Shown here one piece after another: positions 39,123 through 49,727 of a stretch of DNA of 64,000 bases. Each line of letters opens with the position of its first letter. The first letter of the stretch is position 1. Where the stretch lies: NCBI GenBank assembly GCA_963847575.1, contig CAWKAL010000045.1, positions 14,942 to 78,941 of the forward strand. Reading direction: 5' to 3'. The position numbers and the translations under genes were made by a program. The stretch is from an uncultured Gammaproteobacteria bacterium. Its GTDB lineage: Bacteria > Pseudomonadota > Gammaproteobacteria > SZUA-229. A model generated the notes under the pieces. That model ran no database searches, had not been told where the DNA came from, and was given only the letters and a program-made list of their open reading frames with translations.

Positions 39123-40520
39123 ATGCCTTCGTCCAGCCAGTTTGACCTGTTAATTATCGGTAGCGGAGTAACCGGCTCGGCGCTGTTTTATCTCGCCGCA
39201 AAATACAGTGACATTGAACACATCGGGCTGATCGAAAAATACGCCGCGCCTGCGCGGGTGAATTCGCTTTCCAGCAACAACAGCCAGACCCTGCACCGCG
39301 GTGATATCGAAACCAATTACTCGCTCGACAAAGCCCTCAAGGTAAAACGTGCTGCATGTATGCTGGAAAATTACGCCGCCAGCCAGCCTGACAGCCATCA
39401 CATTATTTTCAAATATCCCAAAATGGTGCTCGGCATAGGCGATAAAGAATGCAGTTACCTGCGAAAAAGATACGAGGTGTTCAAACAGCATTACCCGCAA
39501 CTGCGCCTGCTGGAAAAAAAAGACATCGCCAGGATTGAACCCGAAGTCGCAATGAAGAACGGCAAATTTCGCGAAGACGAAATTGTCGCGCTCGGTTCCA
39601 CCGATGAGTATACCGCGGTCAATTACGAAGCCCTGAGTCGTTCATTTGTCCGCCAGGCCGGTTTTGTCGAAAACAAACGCGTACGCATACATTACAATGA
39701 AGAAGTGCTGCACATTACCATTGAGAATGACCTGTTCAAGGTCGAGACCCGCAACACCTGCTACCAGACGCGCTCACTCGTAGTATGCGCCGGCGGCCAC
39801 AGTCTTAAACTTGCGCACGATCTTGGTTACGGCCTGCACTATTCGTGCCTGCCCGTCGCCGGCAGTTACTATTTCACACCGCATGTACTCAACGGCAAGG
39901 TGTACACCGTGCAGAACGATGCCCTGCCTTTCGCCGCGATCCACGGTGATCCGGATGTGCTGGTGCCGGGCAAAACCCGTTTCGGCCCGACTGCCCTGGT
40001 GCTGCCGATTCTCGAACGTTACAACCTGAGCACCCTGCCGGATTTTTTCCGCGTGTTTCGCTTCGATCGCAAAGTCGCAAAAGCATTATGGGACCTGCTC
40101 AAGGTCAGTGACATCAGGAACTACATGCTGAAAAACATGCTGTTCGAAATCCCGCTGATTCGAAAAGTCCTGTTCCTGAAAGATGCGCGCAAGATCGTAC
40201 CTTCATTAAAAATTGGTGACCTGAGCTTCGCGCACCATGTCGGCGGCATACGCCCGCAGTTAATCGACAAGAACGACGGCAAGCTGCTTATGGGCGAAGC
40301 AAAAATCAATTCCGGCATCGGCGCCATATTCAACATGACACCATCGCCTGGCGGGACCTCATGCGTAGAAAATGCGGAACTTGACCTGCGCATCATTGCC
40401 GAACATCTGGGTGCGAAGATTGACGAAACCGCATTCAAGCGTGATATTCTCAGAGAAGACAGGCAACATGGTGTTGCCGATTACCCCGGTCGCGTACTCA
40501 GCGACGGCGATGCCGCCTGA
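39123..40520 (+). CDS. FAD-dependent oxidoreductase, probably malate:quinone oxidoreductase (MQO) family
   Basis: 465 aa; GxGxxG (IGSGVTGS); SSNNSQTLHRGDIETNYS resembles the MQO SSxxWNNAGTGHxALCELNYT region. Confidence 0.5.
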   Translation: MPSSSQFDLLIIGSGVTGSALFYLAAKYSDIEHIGLIEKYAAPARVNSLSSNNSQTLHRGDIETNYSLDKALKVKRAACMLENYAASQPDSHHIIFKYPKMVLGIGDKECSYLRKRYEVFKQHYPQLRLLEKKDIARIEPEVAMKNGKFREDEIVALGSTDEYTAVNYEALSRSFVRQAGFVENKRVRIHYNEEVLHITIENDLFKVETRNTCYQTRSLVVCAGGHSLKLAHDLGYGLHYSCLPVAGSYYFTPHVLNGKVYTVQNDALPFAAIHGDPDVLVPGKTRFGPTALVLPILERYNLSTLPDFFRVFRFDRKVAKALWDLLKVSDIRNYMLKNMLFEIPLIRKVLFLKDARKIVPSLKIGDLSFAHHVGGIRPQLIDKNDGKLLMGEAKINSGIGAIFNMTPSPGGTSCVENAELDLRIIAEHLGAKIDETAFKRDILREDRQHGVADYPGRVLSDGDAA

Positions 40521-40641
40521 TAAATCAGCGCACGGCTCATACCAGCAAGCAAATGCACAAAAAAACAGACCCGTTTCACAGCATTACCAGGCACACTGAC
40601 CTATTCTTCTGGCTGGTAATAACTCTACAGGACGCAATAGA

Positions 40642-41361
40642 ATGAACAAGTTATTGATAACTGCATTTACCTCGCTCACCCTGCTAAGCAGCACTGCAAA
40701 CGCTGATTTTCTCGGTTTATATGTTGGTGGCGGCAGCTGGAGCCACGACCCTTCCGGGGGTTTCCAGTCACAGGATCCCGGCAGTGACAACATCTCGATG
40801 CAAAACTCGCTGGGTTTATCCGATGAGAGTGAAGGCTATGCCTATATCGCATTCGACCACCCGCTACCCCTGCTGCCCAATGTTCGACTTGAAACAACTG
40901 CACTGACTCATAACGGTGTTTCCAGCGGCGTAAACTTCAACGGCCAGACCGGACTGGCAGGCAATGCTGTGGTTTCTCTCGACAGCACCGACCTGACCTT
41001 GTACTGGCGCCTGCTCGATAACTGGGTCAACCTCGATGTTGGGCTCACGCTCAGAAAGTTCGACGGTGAATTTACCATCGCAACTGAAACCCTGCTGCTC
41101 GAAGAAACCATCCCGATGATTTATGCGGCTGCCCAGTTTGATTTGCCTTTTACAGGTTTATCAGTGGGTGGTGACATCAACGTGATCAGCGTAAGCGGAA
41201 ATACATTGTCAGACACGCGAGTTCGCCTGTTGTATGAATTCGGCCTGGTTGGCGTAGAAGCTGGACTGAGATCCACTGCCATAGAGCTGGACGACGTTGA
41301 TAACGTCACCACAGATATTTCTTTTGATGGATTGTTTGTGGGCGCATTCCTGCACTTCTAA
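40642..41361 (+). CDS. outer-membrane beta-barrel protein (TIGR04219-like), secreted
   Basis: 239 aa; signal peptide ..SSTANA; alternating amphipathic beta-strands; C-terminal Phe. Confidence 0.7.
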   Translation: MNKLLITAFTSLTLLSSTANADFLGLYVGGGSWSHDPSGGFQSQDPGSDNISMQNSLGLSDESEGYAYIAFDHPLPLLPNVRLETTALTHNGVSSGVNFNGQTGLAGNAVVSLDSTDLTLYWRLLDNWVNLDVGLTLRKFDGEFTIATETLLLEETIPMIYAAAQFDLPFTGLSVGGDINVISVSGNTLSDTRVRLLYEFGLVGVEAGLRSTAIELDDVDNVTTDISFDGLFVGAFLHF

Positions 41362-41447
41362 GCTGTCAAAATGAAACTTCTGGCTATGGATTTATTTTCG
41401 AAACCATAAACTTCACCCAATGCACCAAAAATTATACGGAGAATAAA

Positions 41448-41858
41448 GTGAAATATGCAGCCATTATATTCTTATTAATTACACCCCTGCTCAGCCATGC
41501 CGGCCCCTATGACGGCGCGGGCAACCCATACATGGGTATGGACCCCGCAAAAATGCAGCAAATGGTCATGGAAATGCAGAGCTGTATGCAAAACATCAAC
41601 ATGGACGAAATGGAGAAACTAAAAGTACGCGGCCAGGCGATGGAACAGGAAATAAAAACCCTGTGCAGAAACGGCGAGCGTGACAAGGCCATGAGTAAAG
41701 CGATGGCATTCAGTAAAGAAATCAGCGCCGCACCGGAACTGGCGAAAATCCGCAAATGCAGCGAAAAAGCCCGCAGCATGATGCCGAACACCATGCAGTT
41801 CGAAAAATTCAGCGAAGAAAGTTTCAAAAACTCGCACATCTGCGATGAAATGAAATAG
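41448..41858 (+). CDS. hypothetical secreted Met/Cys-containing protein
   Basis: 136 aa; signal peptide MKYAAIIFLLITPLLSHA; Met-rich with 4 Cys; no recognised domain. Confidence 0.55.
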   Translation: MKYAAIIFLLITPLLSHAGPYDGAGNPYMGMDPAKMQQMVMEMQSCMQNINMDEMEKLKVRGQAMEQEIKTLCRNGERDKAMSKAMAFSKEISAAPELAKIRKCSEKARSMMPNTMQFEKFSEESFKNSHICDEMK

Positions 41859-41882
41859 CTGGCAGCAGAAATAAAATAATTC

Positions 41883-41986
41883 TAGCCGCAAATGAACGCG
41901 AATAAACGCAAATAAAGATGATTAGTATAGTGCGCCGCAGGCGCAGAATAAAACATTTTGCGTTCATTCGCGTTCATTTGCGGCTA
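41883..41986. repeat. MITE-like hairpin element, copy E (CGCAAATGAA-type arms, same subfamily as copy A)
   Basis: Arms tagccgcaaatgaacgcgaataaacgcaaa / tttgcgttcattcgcgttcatttgcggcta: 30-nt inverted repeat with 1 mismatch; small GC hairpin (tgcgccgcaggcgca) in the core. Confidence 0.8.
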
Positions 41987-42010
41987 AATAATTCTGACCT
42001 TCATAGAAAA

Positions 42011-42901
42011 TCACCACAACCAGGCGGCACCGCGCACGCCGGATGAATCGCCGAATTTTGGTGCTGACAAACGGGTTTCAACCCGGTCAGAAAAAACATA
42101 CCTGCCCCACAAGTCGGGTATGTTTTTATACAGTCGCTTGATATTGCCCATACCGCCGCCCAGCACAATCACATCCGGGTCGATGATATTGATAACATGC
42201 GCAAGCCCGCGTGCAAGTCTATCTTCATAGCGTTGCATGGTTTCAAGTGCATCCTCATCACCAAACCTGGCTTTCGCGACAATGGTTTCCGACTCCAGGA
42301 TAACATTGGCATATAACTCGTGATCACGCGTCATACCCGGCCCTGATACAAAGGTTTCGATACAACCCTGTTTGCCGCAATAGCACTCCGGCCCCGGCAG
42401 CTCTATGTCCAGCGGCCAGGGCAGCGGATTATGGCCCCATTCGCCCGCAATCGCGTTGCGGCCGACAAGAATTTTCCCGTCGACCACAATACCCGCACCG
42501 GTACCGGTGCCGATAATAACGCCGAACACGGTACGCGCGCCGTGCGCGACCCCATCGGTGGCTTCCGATAATGCAAAACAGTTGGCGTCATTAGCTATAC
42601 GTATGTCGCGCTGCAATACCGTGGTCAAGTCCTGCAATAACGGCTTGCCATTCATGCAGACTGAATTTGAGTTTTTCATCAGGCTGGTGACGGGAGAAAT
42701 CGCACCGGGTGTTCCGATGCCGACAGTACCGGTTTGCGCTGCCGAGGTTTCTATATGTGTAACCAGTTGCTTAATCGCATCTAGTGTAGCTTCGTAATTT
42801 CCCTGTGGCGTAGCCACGCGATGATGTACCAGTTCGGCACCGTTGTCATCGAGCGCAATGCCCTCGATTTTAGTGCCGCCCAGATCAATGCCAATTTTCA
42901 T
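42011..42901 (-). CDS. ROK family sugar kinase (N-acetylglucosamine kinase NagK / fructokinase Mak-like)
   Basis: 296 aa; MKIGIDLGGTKIE..; zinc motif CYCGKQGCIE; similarity across the full length to E. coli NagK. Confidence 0.85.
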   Translation of the reverse strand: MKIGIDLGGTKIEGIALDDNGAELVHHRVATPQGNYEATLDAIKQLVTHIETSAAQTGTVGIGTPGAISPVTSLMKNSNSVCMNGKPLLQDLTTVLQRDIRIANDANCFALSEATDGVAHGARTVFGVIIGTGTGAGIVVDGKILVGRNAIAGEWGHNPLPWPLDIELPGPECYCGKQGCIETFVSGPGMTRDHELYANVILESETIVAKARFGDEDALETMQRYEDRLARGLAHVINIIDPDVIVLGGGMGNIKRLYKNIPDLWGRYVFSDRVETRLSAPKFGDSSGVRGAAWLW

Positions 42902-42907
42902 TTTAAT

Positions 42908-43137
42908 CAGTCCACATATGAACGCGGATGAACACAGATTAAAAATAAGTATGTTGTTAGATAATTAGAATGACGATATTTATTGTGATAATAGTGTGCA
43001 GATTGTCGGAGATTTAGTAGTCGCATAACGCCCTCGCTTTTACCTTAAATATATTTACTTCCGCAGCCGCTTAATAATTTTAACTTCTATTTTTCTGTAC
43101 AGCATTCATCTGCGTTTATCTGCGTTCATCCGTGGAC
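42908..43137. repeat. MITE-like hairpin element, copy D (CRGATGAAC-type arms, largest core)
   Basis: Arms agtccacatatgaacgcggatgaacacagat / atctgcgtttatctgcgttcatccgtggact; 165-bp AT-rich core; the right arm ends exactly at the stop codon of the adenosyltransferase gene. Confidence 0.75.
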
Positions 43138-43674
43138 TTATTTATTCTTTTCAGACTTCCAGTAAATTTCATCTGTGTCATTTAAAACCCTGGCGAACAC
43201 AAACAGCAGGTCAGAAAGTCGGTTTACATAGGCCAGCGAGACCGGGCTGAGACTGGTGCTGCGGTTGAGTGCTACCATGCTGCGTTCGGTTCTGCGACAC
43301 ACGGCTCTTGCGAGGTGACATAATGCACCTGCCTCGTTTCCGCCCGGCAGAATAAATTCTTTCAGCGGCTGCAGCTTTGTATTGAATGCATCAATGCGAT
43401 GCTCAAGCGCATCGACCTGTTTCTGCTTGAGTATTGGCTGTCCCAGGCTGATCTCACCGCCGATATCGAACAGCGCATGCTGTATATCTCGAATCACAGC
43501 AAGATTGTCACCTGTCAGATTGACCGCCAGCACACCGAGCTGACAGTTAAGCTCATCGACTTCGCCCTGTACCTGCATCAGCGGGTCATCTTTTGGCAAA
43601 CGGGCCCCGCTTGCGGTGCCGGTTTCACCTTTGTCACCGGTGCGCGTATATATCCTGGTCAGTCGATTAGCCAT
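43138..43674 (-). CDS. cob(I)yrinic acid a,c-diamide adenosyltransferase, PduO type
   Basis: 178 aa; ..IYTRTGDKGETG..GEVDELNCQLG.. PduO/MMAB family. Confidence 0.85.
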   Translation of the reverse strand: MANRLTRIYTRTGDKGETGTASGARLPKDDPLMQVQGEVDELNCQLGVLAVNLTGDNLAVIRDIQHALFDIGGEISLGQPILKQKQVDALEHRIDAFNTKLQPLKEFILPGGNEAGALCHLARAVCRRTERSMVALNRSTSLSPVSLAYVNRLSDLLFVFARVLNDTDEIYWKSEKNK

Positions 43675-43714
43675 TGTGGGTGTTGTCGTTATGTTCCTAA
43701 ATAGTTAATGTGCA

Positions 43715-43975
43715 GCTTACCGCAGGTGCCTGTTGTAGAGCCATTCTGCAACAGGTTAAACGGGAAGTCAGTAAGCGATTCTGGAGTCACTGAATATTTT
43801 TTCAGCGATCTCGAGTAGTTACAAACGCAATTCTGACGCTGCCCCCGCAACGGTGATTGAGTCAAAGCCCTGTCGTACACCACTGTAAGCATGCTTATGG
43901 GAAGGTGACAGGCGCAAAGTCGCAAGACACTCATCAGCCCGGAGACCGGCCCGTGGTGCCCTCTAACTTACACGC
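43715..43975 (+). promoter_or_regulatory. cobalamin (AdoCbl) riboswitch in the btuB leader
   Basis: Core-like cgggaagtcagtaagcgattctggagtcactg; cactg...gggaaggtg; B12 box agcccggagaccggcc at 43936-43951; GC hairpin overlapping the btuB RBS. Confidence 0.55.
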
Positions 43976-44000
43976 GCGGCGGGCGCGGGAGCAATACCCC

Positions 44001-45825
44001 ATGATTAAACCTCTCTGCGTTGCCATACTGGCAACACTCTGTCTGCAGGCGCAGGCTGAAACACGACTACATCCGATCATTACTTCATCACGCGTGGCAC
44101 AAAGCGCCGACCAGACCATGACGGCCGTCAGTGTGTTAACACGTGAAGATATCGCGCAAAGCCAGTCGCAATCAACCGTTGAATTATTGCGCGAGCGCAT
44201 TCCGGGACTGGACTTCCTTACCACTGGCGGCAGCGGCCACCAGGTAAGCACGTTTTTACGCGGCACCAGCTCTGACCAGTTCCTGTTGATGATCGATGGC
44301 AATATCGTCGGCTCGGCCACCACCGGCTCGGCCGCAATCGAACTGATCCCGCTTGATAATATCGAGCGCATCGAAGTGATCCGCGGACCGCGCTCATCGC
44401 TGTACGGCTCCGAAGCCATCGGCGGCGTGATCCAGGTGTTTACCCGCAGTGATAATAAAACCACGGCGTCGATCACCAGCGGATCACTGCATACCGCGGC
44501 CGCAAGCGCAGCCACCCAGTTTGGCAATGACAGTACCACGCTTAACATCGCGGTGAATCATTACCAGACTGAAGGTTTCGATGTCACCAACGACACCGAA
44601 AACGACAGCGATGGCTACGACAACGACTCGGTCAACCTGCGTTTGCAACATGCGCTCAATCCACGTACGCGGTTATTTGCCAATGCCCTGTATGCCGACG
44701 GCAATACCCGGTTTGATAATGACACGTTTGATAATGCATCGGATTCGATCCAGCAAAACTACCAGCTGGGCGCCGACACCGATGTGAATTCAGCCTGGAA
44801 CAGCCGGTTTGAAATCGGCCAGAGCAAGGACGAACTTGTCACCGTGCGCAACAGCCGTGATTTTTTTACGCCCGGCCTTATTAATAATGAAGTCACGCTG
44901 TTCATCACCCGGCGCGACCAGGCACACTGGATCAATACGCTTAATTTTGGTGACACCGGCCAGGCCAGTCTCGGCGCTGATTACATTAATGACAAGGTTG
45001 AAGCTACCACGCCATACACGGAAAACCAGCGCAGCAATCGCGCGGTGTATGCCCTGGTGCAGGACAAGTTCGGCCGCAATCAGCTGCAACTGGCGGCACG
45101 ACTCGATGACAATGAAGCCTTTGGTAGTCACACCACCGGCAGCATCGCCTGGGCGTATGACATTAGTGCCAGTGAACGCATTCGGCTTTCACAGGGCACG
45201 GCGTTTATCGCACCATCGTTCAATGACCTGTATTTTGTCGATCCGTTTTTCAGCGGCAACCCGGATCTTGAACCGGAAACATCACGCACATCGGAAATTG
45301 CCTTTACCACCAGCCAGCCCTGGGGCAGCTGGCAACTGAATGTGTATCGCACCCTGATCAAAAACCTGATCGTGCTCAACAACAGCTTCACCTCGGTGGA
45401 AAACGCCGCGCGCGCCAGCATTCGCGGGGTTGAATCCGAGCTCGATGTCCGCCGTGATGCCTGGAACCTGAATTTCAACCTGTCAGTGATCGACCCGGTG
45501 GATAAAACCACGCGGCCTGGTGTTGCAGGGCCGCGCGAAACAAACCCTCAAGCTCAGTGCTGCACGCAATTTTGGCAGTGTCCAGTTGGGCACCAGTGTG
45601 CTGGCACAGGGCCCGCGCTATGCCAACGCGAGCAACAGCATCGAGCTGCCGGGATACGGCATTATCAATCTGACGGCTGCTAAAACCATCGACCAGCACT
45701 GGCAGCTGAAAGCACGGCTAGAGAACCTGCTGGACAAGGAATATTCGACCTCGATCGATTTTTTCCAGAACACCAGCAACAACACGCCGATTGCACTGTT
45801 TGTCAGCCTGCATTACCAGCAATAA
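44001..45825 (+). CDS. btuB: TonB-dependent vitamin B12 receptor BtuB, with an apparent frameshift near 45510-45540
   Basis: Start MIKPLCVAILATLCLQAQA (signal peptide); TonB box region; plug domain; C-terminal barrel continues in a second frame (..LQGRAKQTLKLSAARNFG...LFVSLHYQQ). The longer listed ORF start lies inside the riboswitch. Confidence 0.8.
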
Positions 45826-46095
45826 ACCACAGTAACCGGCGGCCGGAGAAAATCCCGGGCGCCGGCCTCTTGAATTCATCGAATCAGTCCCTAAATCAGC
45901 ACACAAAGGCTGTACAATGTGCGCCAGCGTGCGGCTGAACTTCAATGCGTTAATTCAGTCGATACTCACAACCCTTCCGGCCCCGGTAACGGGGCAACAT
46001 GAATATTTTTGTGAGTATGAAATACGGGTGTATTCCATCCAGCAGGTTCGAACACAAGACAACAATAATAATCGCGAAACATGGCAACCCAATAA

Positions 46096-47076
<981 letters not shown>

Positions 47077-47084
47077 AAAATATT

Positions 47085-47236
47085 AACCGCAGAGGCGCAG
47101 AGGACGCAGAGAAAACATAATTATTGTTAACAGCAATAATTAATAAAAATATTATTACAAACCCTGGACATACATAATCAAGTGTTTTTGTTTTTACATA
47201 AAAATCCTTCTCTGCGTCCTCTGCGTCTCCGCGGTT
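47085..47236. repeat. MITE-like hairpin element, copy G (CGCAGAGG-type arms)
   Basis: Arms aaccgcagaggcgcagaggacgcagagaa / ttctctgcgtcctctgcgtctccgcggttt, 27/29 complementary; 90-bp AT-rich core; starts 9 nt after the moxR stop. Confidence 0.8.
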
Positions 47237-47265
47237 TAGGCTTTTTTTGTTTCTAAAGAATCAAC

Positions 47266-48246
47266 ATGCAGCAACCTGACCCAACAGACAACATCACCAG
47301 CGTCAGTGCGCAGTCGTTGATTCGGTTGCGTCAGCTTGCGGCGCAACTGCCGTTGCAAAGCGGCAAGATACACGCGCGCCAGGGCGGCGCTTACCAGTCA
47401 TCGTTCAAGGGCCGCGGTATGGAATTCGAAGAATCGCGCATCTACCTGCCCGGCGATGACATTCGCAACATGGACTGGCGCGTCACTGCACGCACCGGCA
47501 CTGCGCACACCAAGGTGTTTGAGGAAGAACGCGAACGTCCGGTGATTCTCTGGCTGGATTTGAATGACCCGATGTTTTTCGCCACCCGCGGTGCATACAA
47601 ATCCGTGATCGCCACCCAGGCCGCGACTTTGATTGCCTGGAGTGCGTGCAACAATAACGATCGCCTCGGCGCGCTGGTGTTTGCCGGTGATGAACACAGT
47701 GAAATACGACCGCGGCGTGGCAAGTCAGCCGTGCTCGACCTGATCGGCAACATCTGCAAGCACGGCGCCTGGCAACGTACTGCCGCACAGCGCCAGGCTA
47801 AAACTCCGCGCCAGATGGACAAGGCCATGGCCCGGTTACGCAAGGTCGCGCGCCCCGGAAGCCTGATTTTCATGTTCAGTGATTTTCGTGATGACGGCGG
47901 CCACACTCTAAACGGCAGTTCGCGCGCGCACCTGGTCAACACCGCGCGGCATAACGATGTAGTGCTGGTGCAGGTGTACGATCCACTCGAAGCCGGCCTG
48001 CCACCGCCGGGACACTACCGACTAAGTGACGGCACACGCGAGATTCAACTCAACACCCGTGACAACGAGCTGCGCCAGCATTATCAGCAGCGTTTTGAAC
48101 AGCACCAGGACAGCCTGCGCAAACTCTGCCAGCAGCACCGCATGTATTTGTTACCGCTGTGCACCCACGATGATGTGCTCAGCAGCCTGCAACACGGCCT
48201 TGGTGTGCGCGCCGGCCAGCACAGCCAGTTTCGCGCGGCCACCTGA
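47266..48246 (+). CDS. DUF58 domain protein (vWA-like, MoxR-associated)
   Basis: 326 aa; ..FKGRGMEFEESRIYLPGDDIRNMDWRV.. DUF58 signature. Confidence 0.85.
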   Translation: MQQPDPTDNITSVSAQSLIRLRQLAAQLPLQSGKIHARQGGAYQSSFKGRGMEFEESRIYLPGDDIRNMDWRVTARTGTAHTKVFEEERERPVILWLDLNDPMFFATRGAYKSVIATQAATLIAWSACNNNDRLGALVFAGDEHSEIRPRRGKSAVLDLIGNICKHGAWQRTAAQRQAKTPRQMDKAMARLRKVARPGSLIFMFSDFRDDGGHTLNGSSRAHLVNTARHNDVVLVQVYDPLEAGLPPPGHYRLSDGTREIQLNTRDNELRQHYQQRFEQHQDSLRKLCQQHRMYLLPLCTHDDVLSSLQHGLGVRAGQHSQFRAAT

Positions 48247-48261
48247 ACCGGTCTGACCGCC

Positions 48262-48789
48262 ATGAATGAAACTGCCGCGACTCTGCCATTACGCGATATT
48301 CATCTGCCGGAACCGGTTTCATGGTGGCCGCCGGCGCCCGGCTGGTGGCTACTCATATTTGCACTTATCGTACTCGGCATATCAATCTGGCTGGGCATTC
48401 GGCGCTGGCAAAAAAAACAGCGCCACCGTGACAGCCTGAAAGCACTCAAAACTATCCGCGCACAATTTGAGCAACACCGGGATGTAACCACACTGTTACG
48501 CGAACTCTCGGTACTGATGCGTCGCGCCAGTATTTCGTTTTATCCAAGGCATACCGCCGCAAGTCTGACCGGCGATGCCTGGCTGCAATTTCTGGATGAC
48601 ACGTCACGCGCGCGCAAAAACAGCAACAGCTTTGAACTGGGCAATGGCAAATGGCTGGCGACAGCGCCTTACCTGCCGAACACTGCCACGCCCGACATTG
48701 ACAGCGCAGCCTTACTCGCTCTGTGCGAACGCTGGCTAAGCGCACAACCGAACAAACGCGCGGACGTTGCCGGGAAGAAAACGCCATGA
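48262..48789 (+). CDS. DUF4381 domain membrane protein
   Basis: 175 aa; single TM WWLLIFALIVLGISIWL; position between the DUF58 and batA genes. Confidence 0.6.
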   Translation: MNETAATLPLRDIHLPEPVSWWPPAPGWWLLIFALIVLGISIWLGIRRWQKKQRHRDSLKALKTIRAQFEQHRDVTTLLRELSVLMRRASISFYPRHTAASLTGDAWLQFLDDTSRARKNSNSFELGNGKWLATAPYLPNTATPDIDSAALLALCERWLSAQPNKRADVAGKKTP

Positions 48790-49727
48790 TCGAATTCGAA
48801 TGGCCCTGGGTGGTTTACCTGCTGCCGCTGCCGATGATCCTGCGCCTGCTGTTGCCGCGCGCCACTGATGCAAACGATGCCGCACTGCGGGTGCCGTATT
48901 TGCAGGATTTTGAACTGGCTGCACAGTCAAAACAACGCAACGGCAAACGCCAGTGGCCGTTGTTGCTGTTTTTTCTTGCCTGGTGTTGCCTGTTGCTCGC
49001 AGCATCACGCCCGCAATGGATTGGTGCTGCGATTGAACTGCCGGTGAGCGGACGCGACCTGATGCTGGCGATCGACCTGTCAGAAAGCATGAACCAGGAA
49101 TTCACCTATGGTTTTCGCAGCGTTAGTAAACTCGAAGCCACCCGCGCTGTTGCCGGCGAATTCATCGAACAACGTGTGGGCGATCGCATCGGCCTGATTT
49201 TATTTGGCGAACAGGCCTACGTGCAGGCACCGCTGACGTTCGATCGCGCCACGGTGAAAACACTTTTAGGCGAAGCCGTCACCGGCCTCGCCGGTCGCGC
49301 CACTGCCATCGGTGATGCCATCGGCCTCGCGGTGAAACGGCTGGATGCGACCGGCAGCAACGACCGCGTATTAATACTGCTCACCGACGGTGTTAGCAAT
49401 GCCGGTGAAATCGGCCCCGAACGCGCCGCACAAATCGCCGCGCGCAAGCAACTTAAAATTCACACCATCGGTATTGGTCCTCGCGGCAGCCGCGACCTGA
49501 ATGAAGCCACTTTGAAAAAAGTGTCAGACATCACCGGCGGGAAATACTTTCGCGCACATGATGTAAAAGAACTGCAAAAAATTTACCAGCTGATCGATAA
49601 ACTCGAACCGGTCGAACGTGACAGCCGCAGTTACCGGCCGACCTGGTCGCTGTTCTACCTGCCACTGGCGGCTGCGCTGGTACTCGCCAGCCTGCTCGGA
49701 CTTTTCAGACAGGTGGGCTGGGCATGA
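48786..49727 (+). CDS. von Willebrand factor A domain membrane protein (BatA-like)
   Basis: ATGA overlap with the DUF4381 stop; MIEFEWPWVVYLL..; vWA MIDAS DLSESM; C-terminal TM. Confidence 0.85.
   Translation: MIEFEWPWVVYLLPLPMILRLLLPRATDANDAALRVPYLQDFELAAQSKQRNGKRQWPLLLFFLAWCCLLLAASRPQWIGAAIELPVSGRDLMLAIDLSESMNQEFTYGFRSVSKLEATRAVAGEFIEQRVGDRIGLILFGEQAYVQAPLTFDRATVKTLLGEAVTGLAGRATAIGDAIGLAVKRLDATGSNDRVLILLTDGVSNAGEIGPERAAQIAARKQLKIHTIGIGPRGSRDLNEATLKKVSDITGGKYFRAHDVKELQKIYQLIDKLEPVERDSRSYRPTWSLFYLPLAAALVLASLLGLFRQVGWA

Noticed and set aside
45960-46060. Possible tRNA or tRNA-like fragment near ggttcgaac between btuB and moxR
   Set aside because: No acceptor or anticodon stem arrangement and no GTTCGAATC T-loop context. 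No tRNA or rRNA genes are discernible anywhere in the window.
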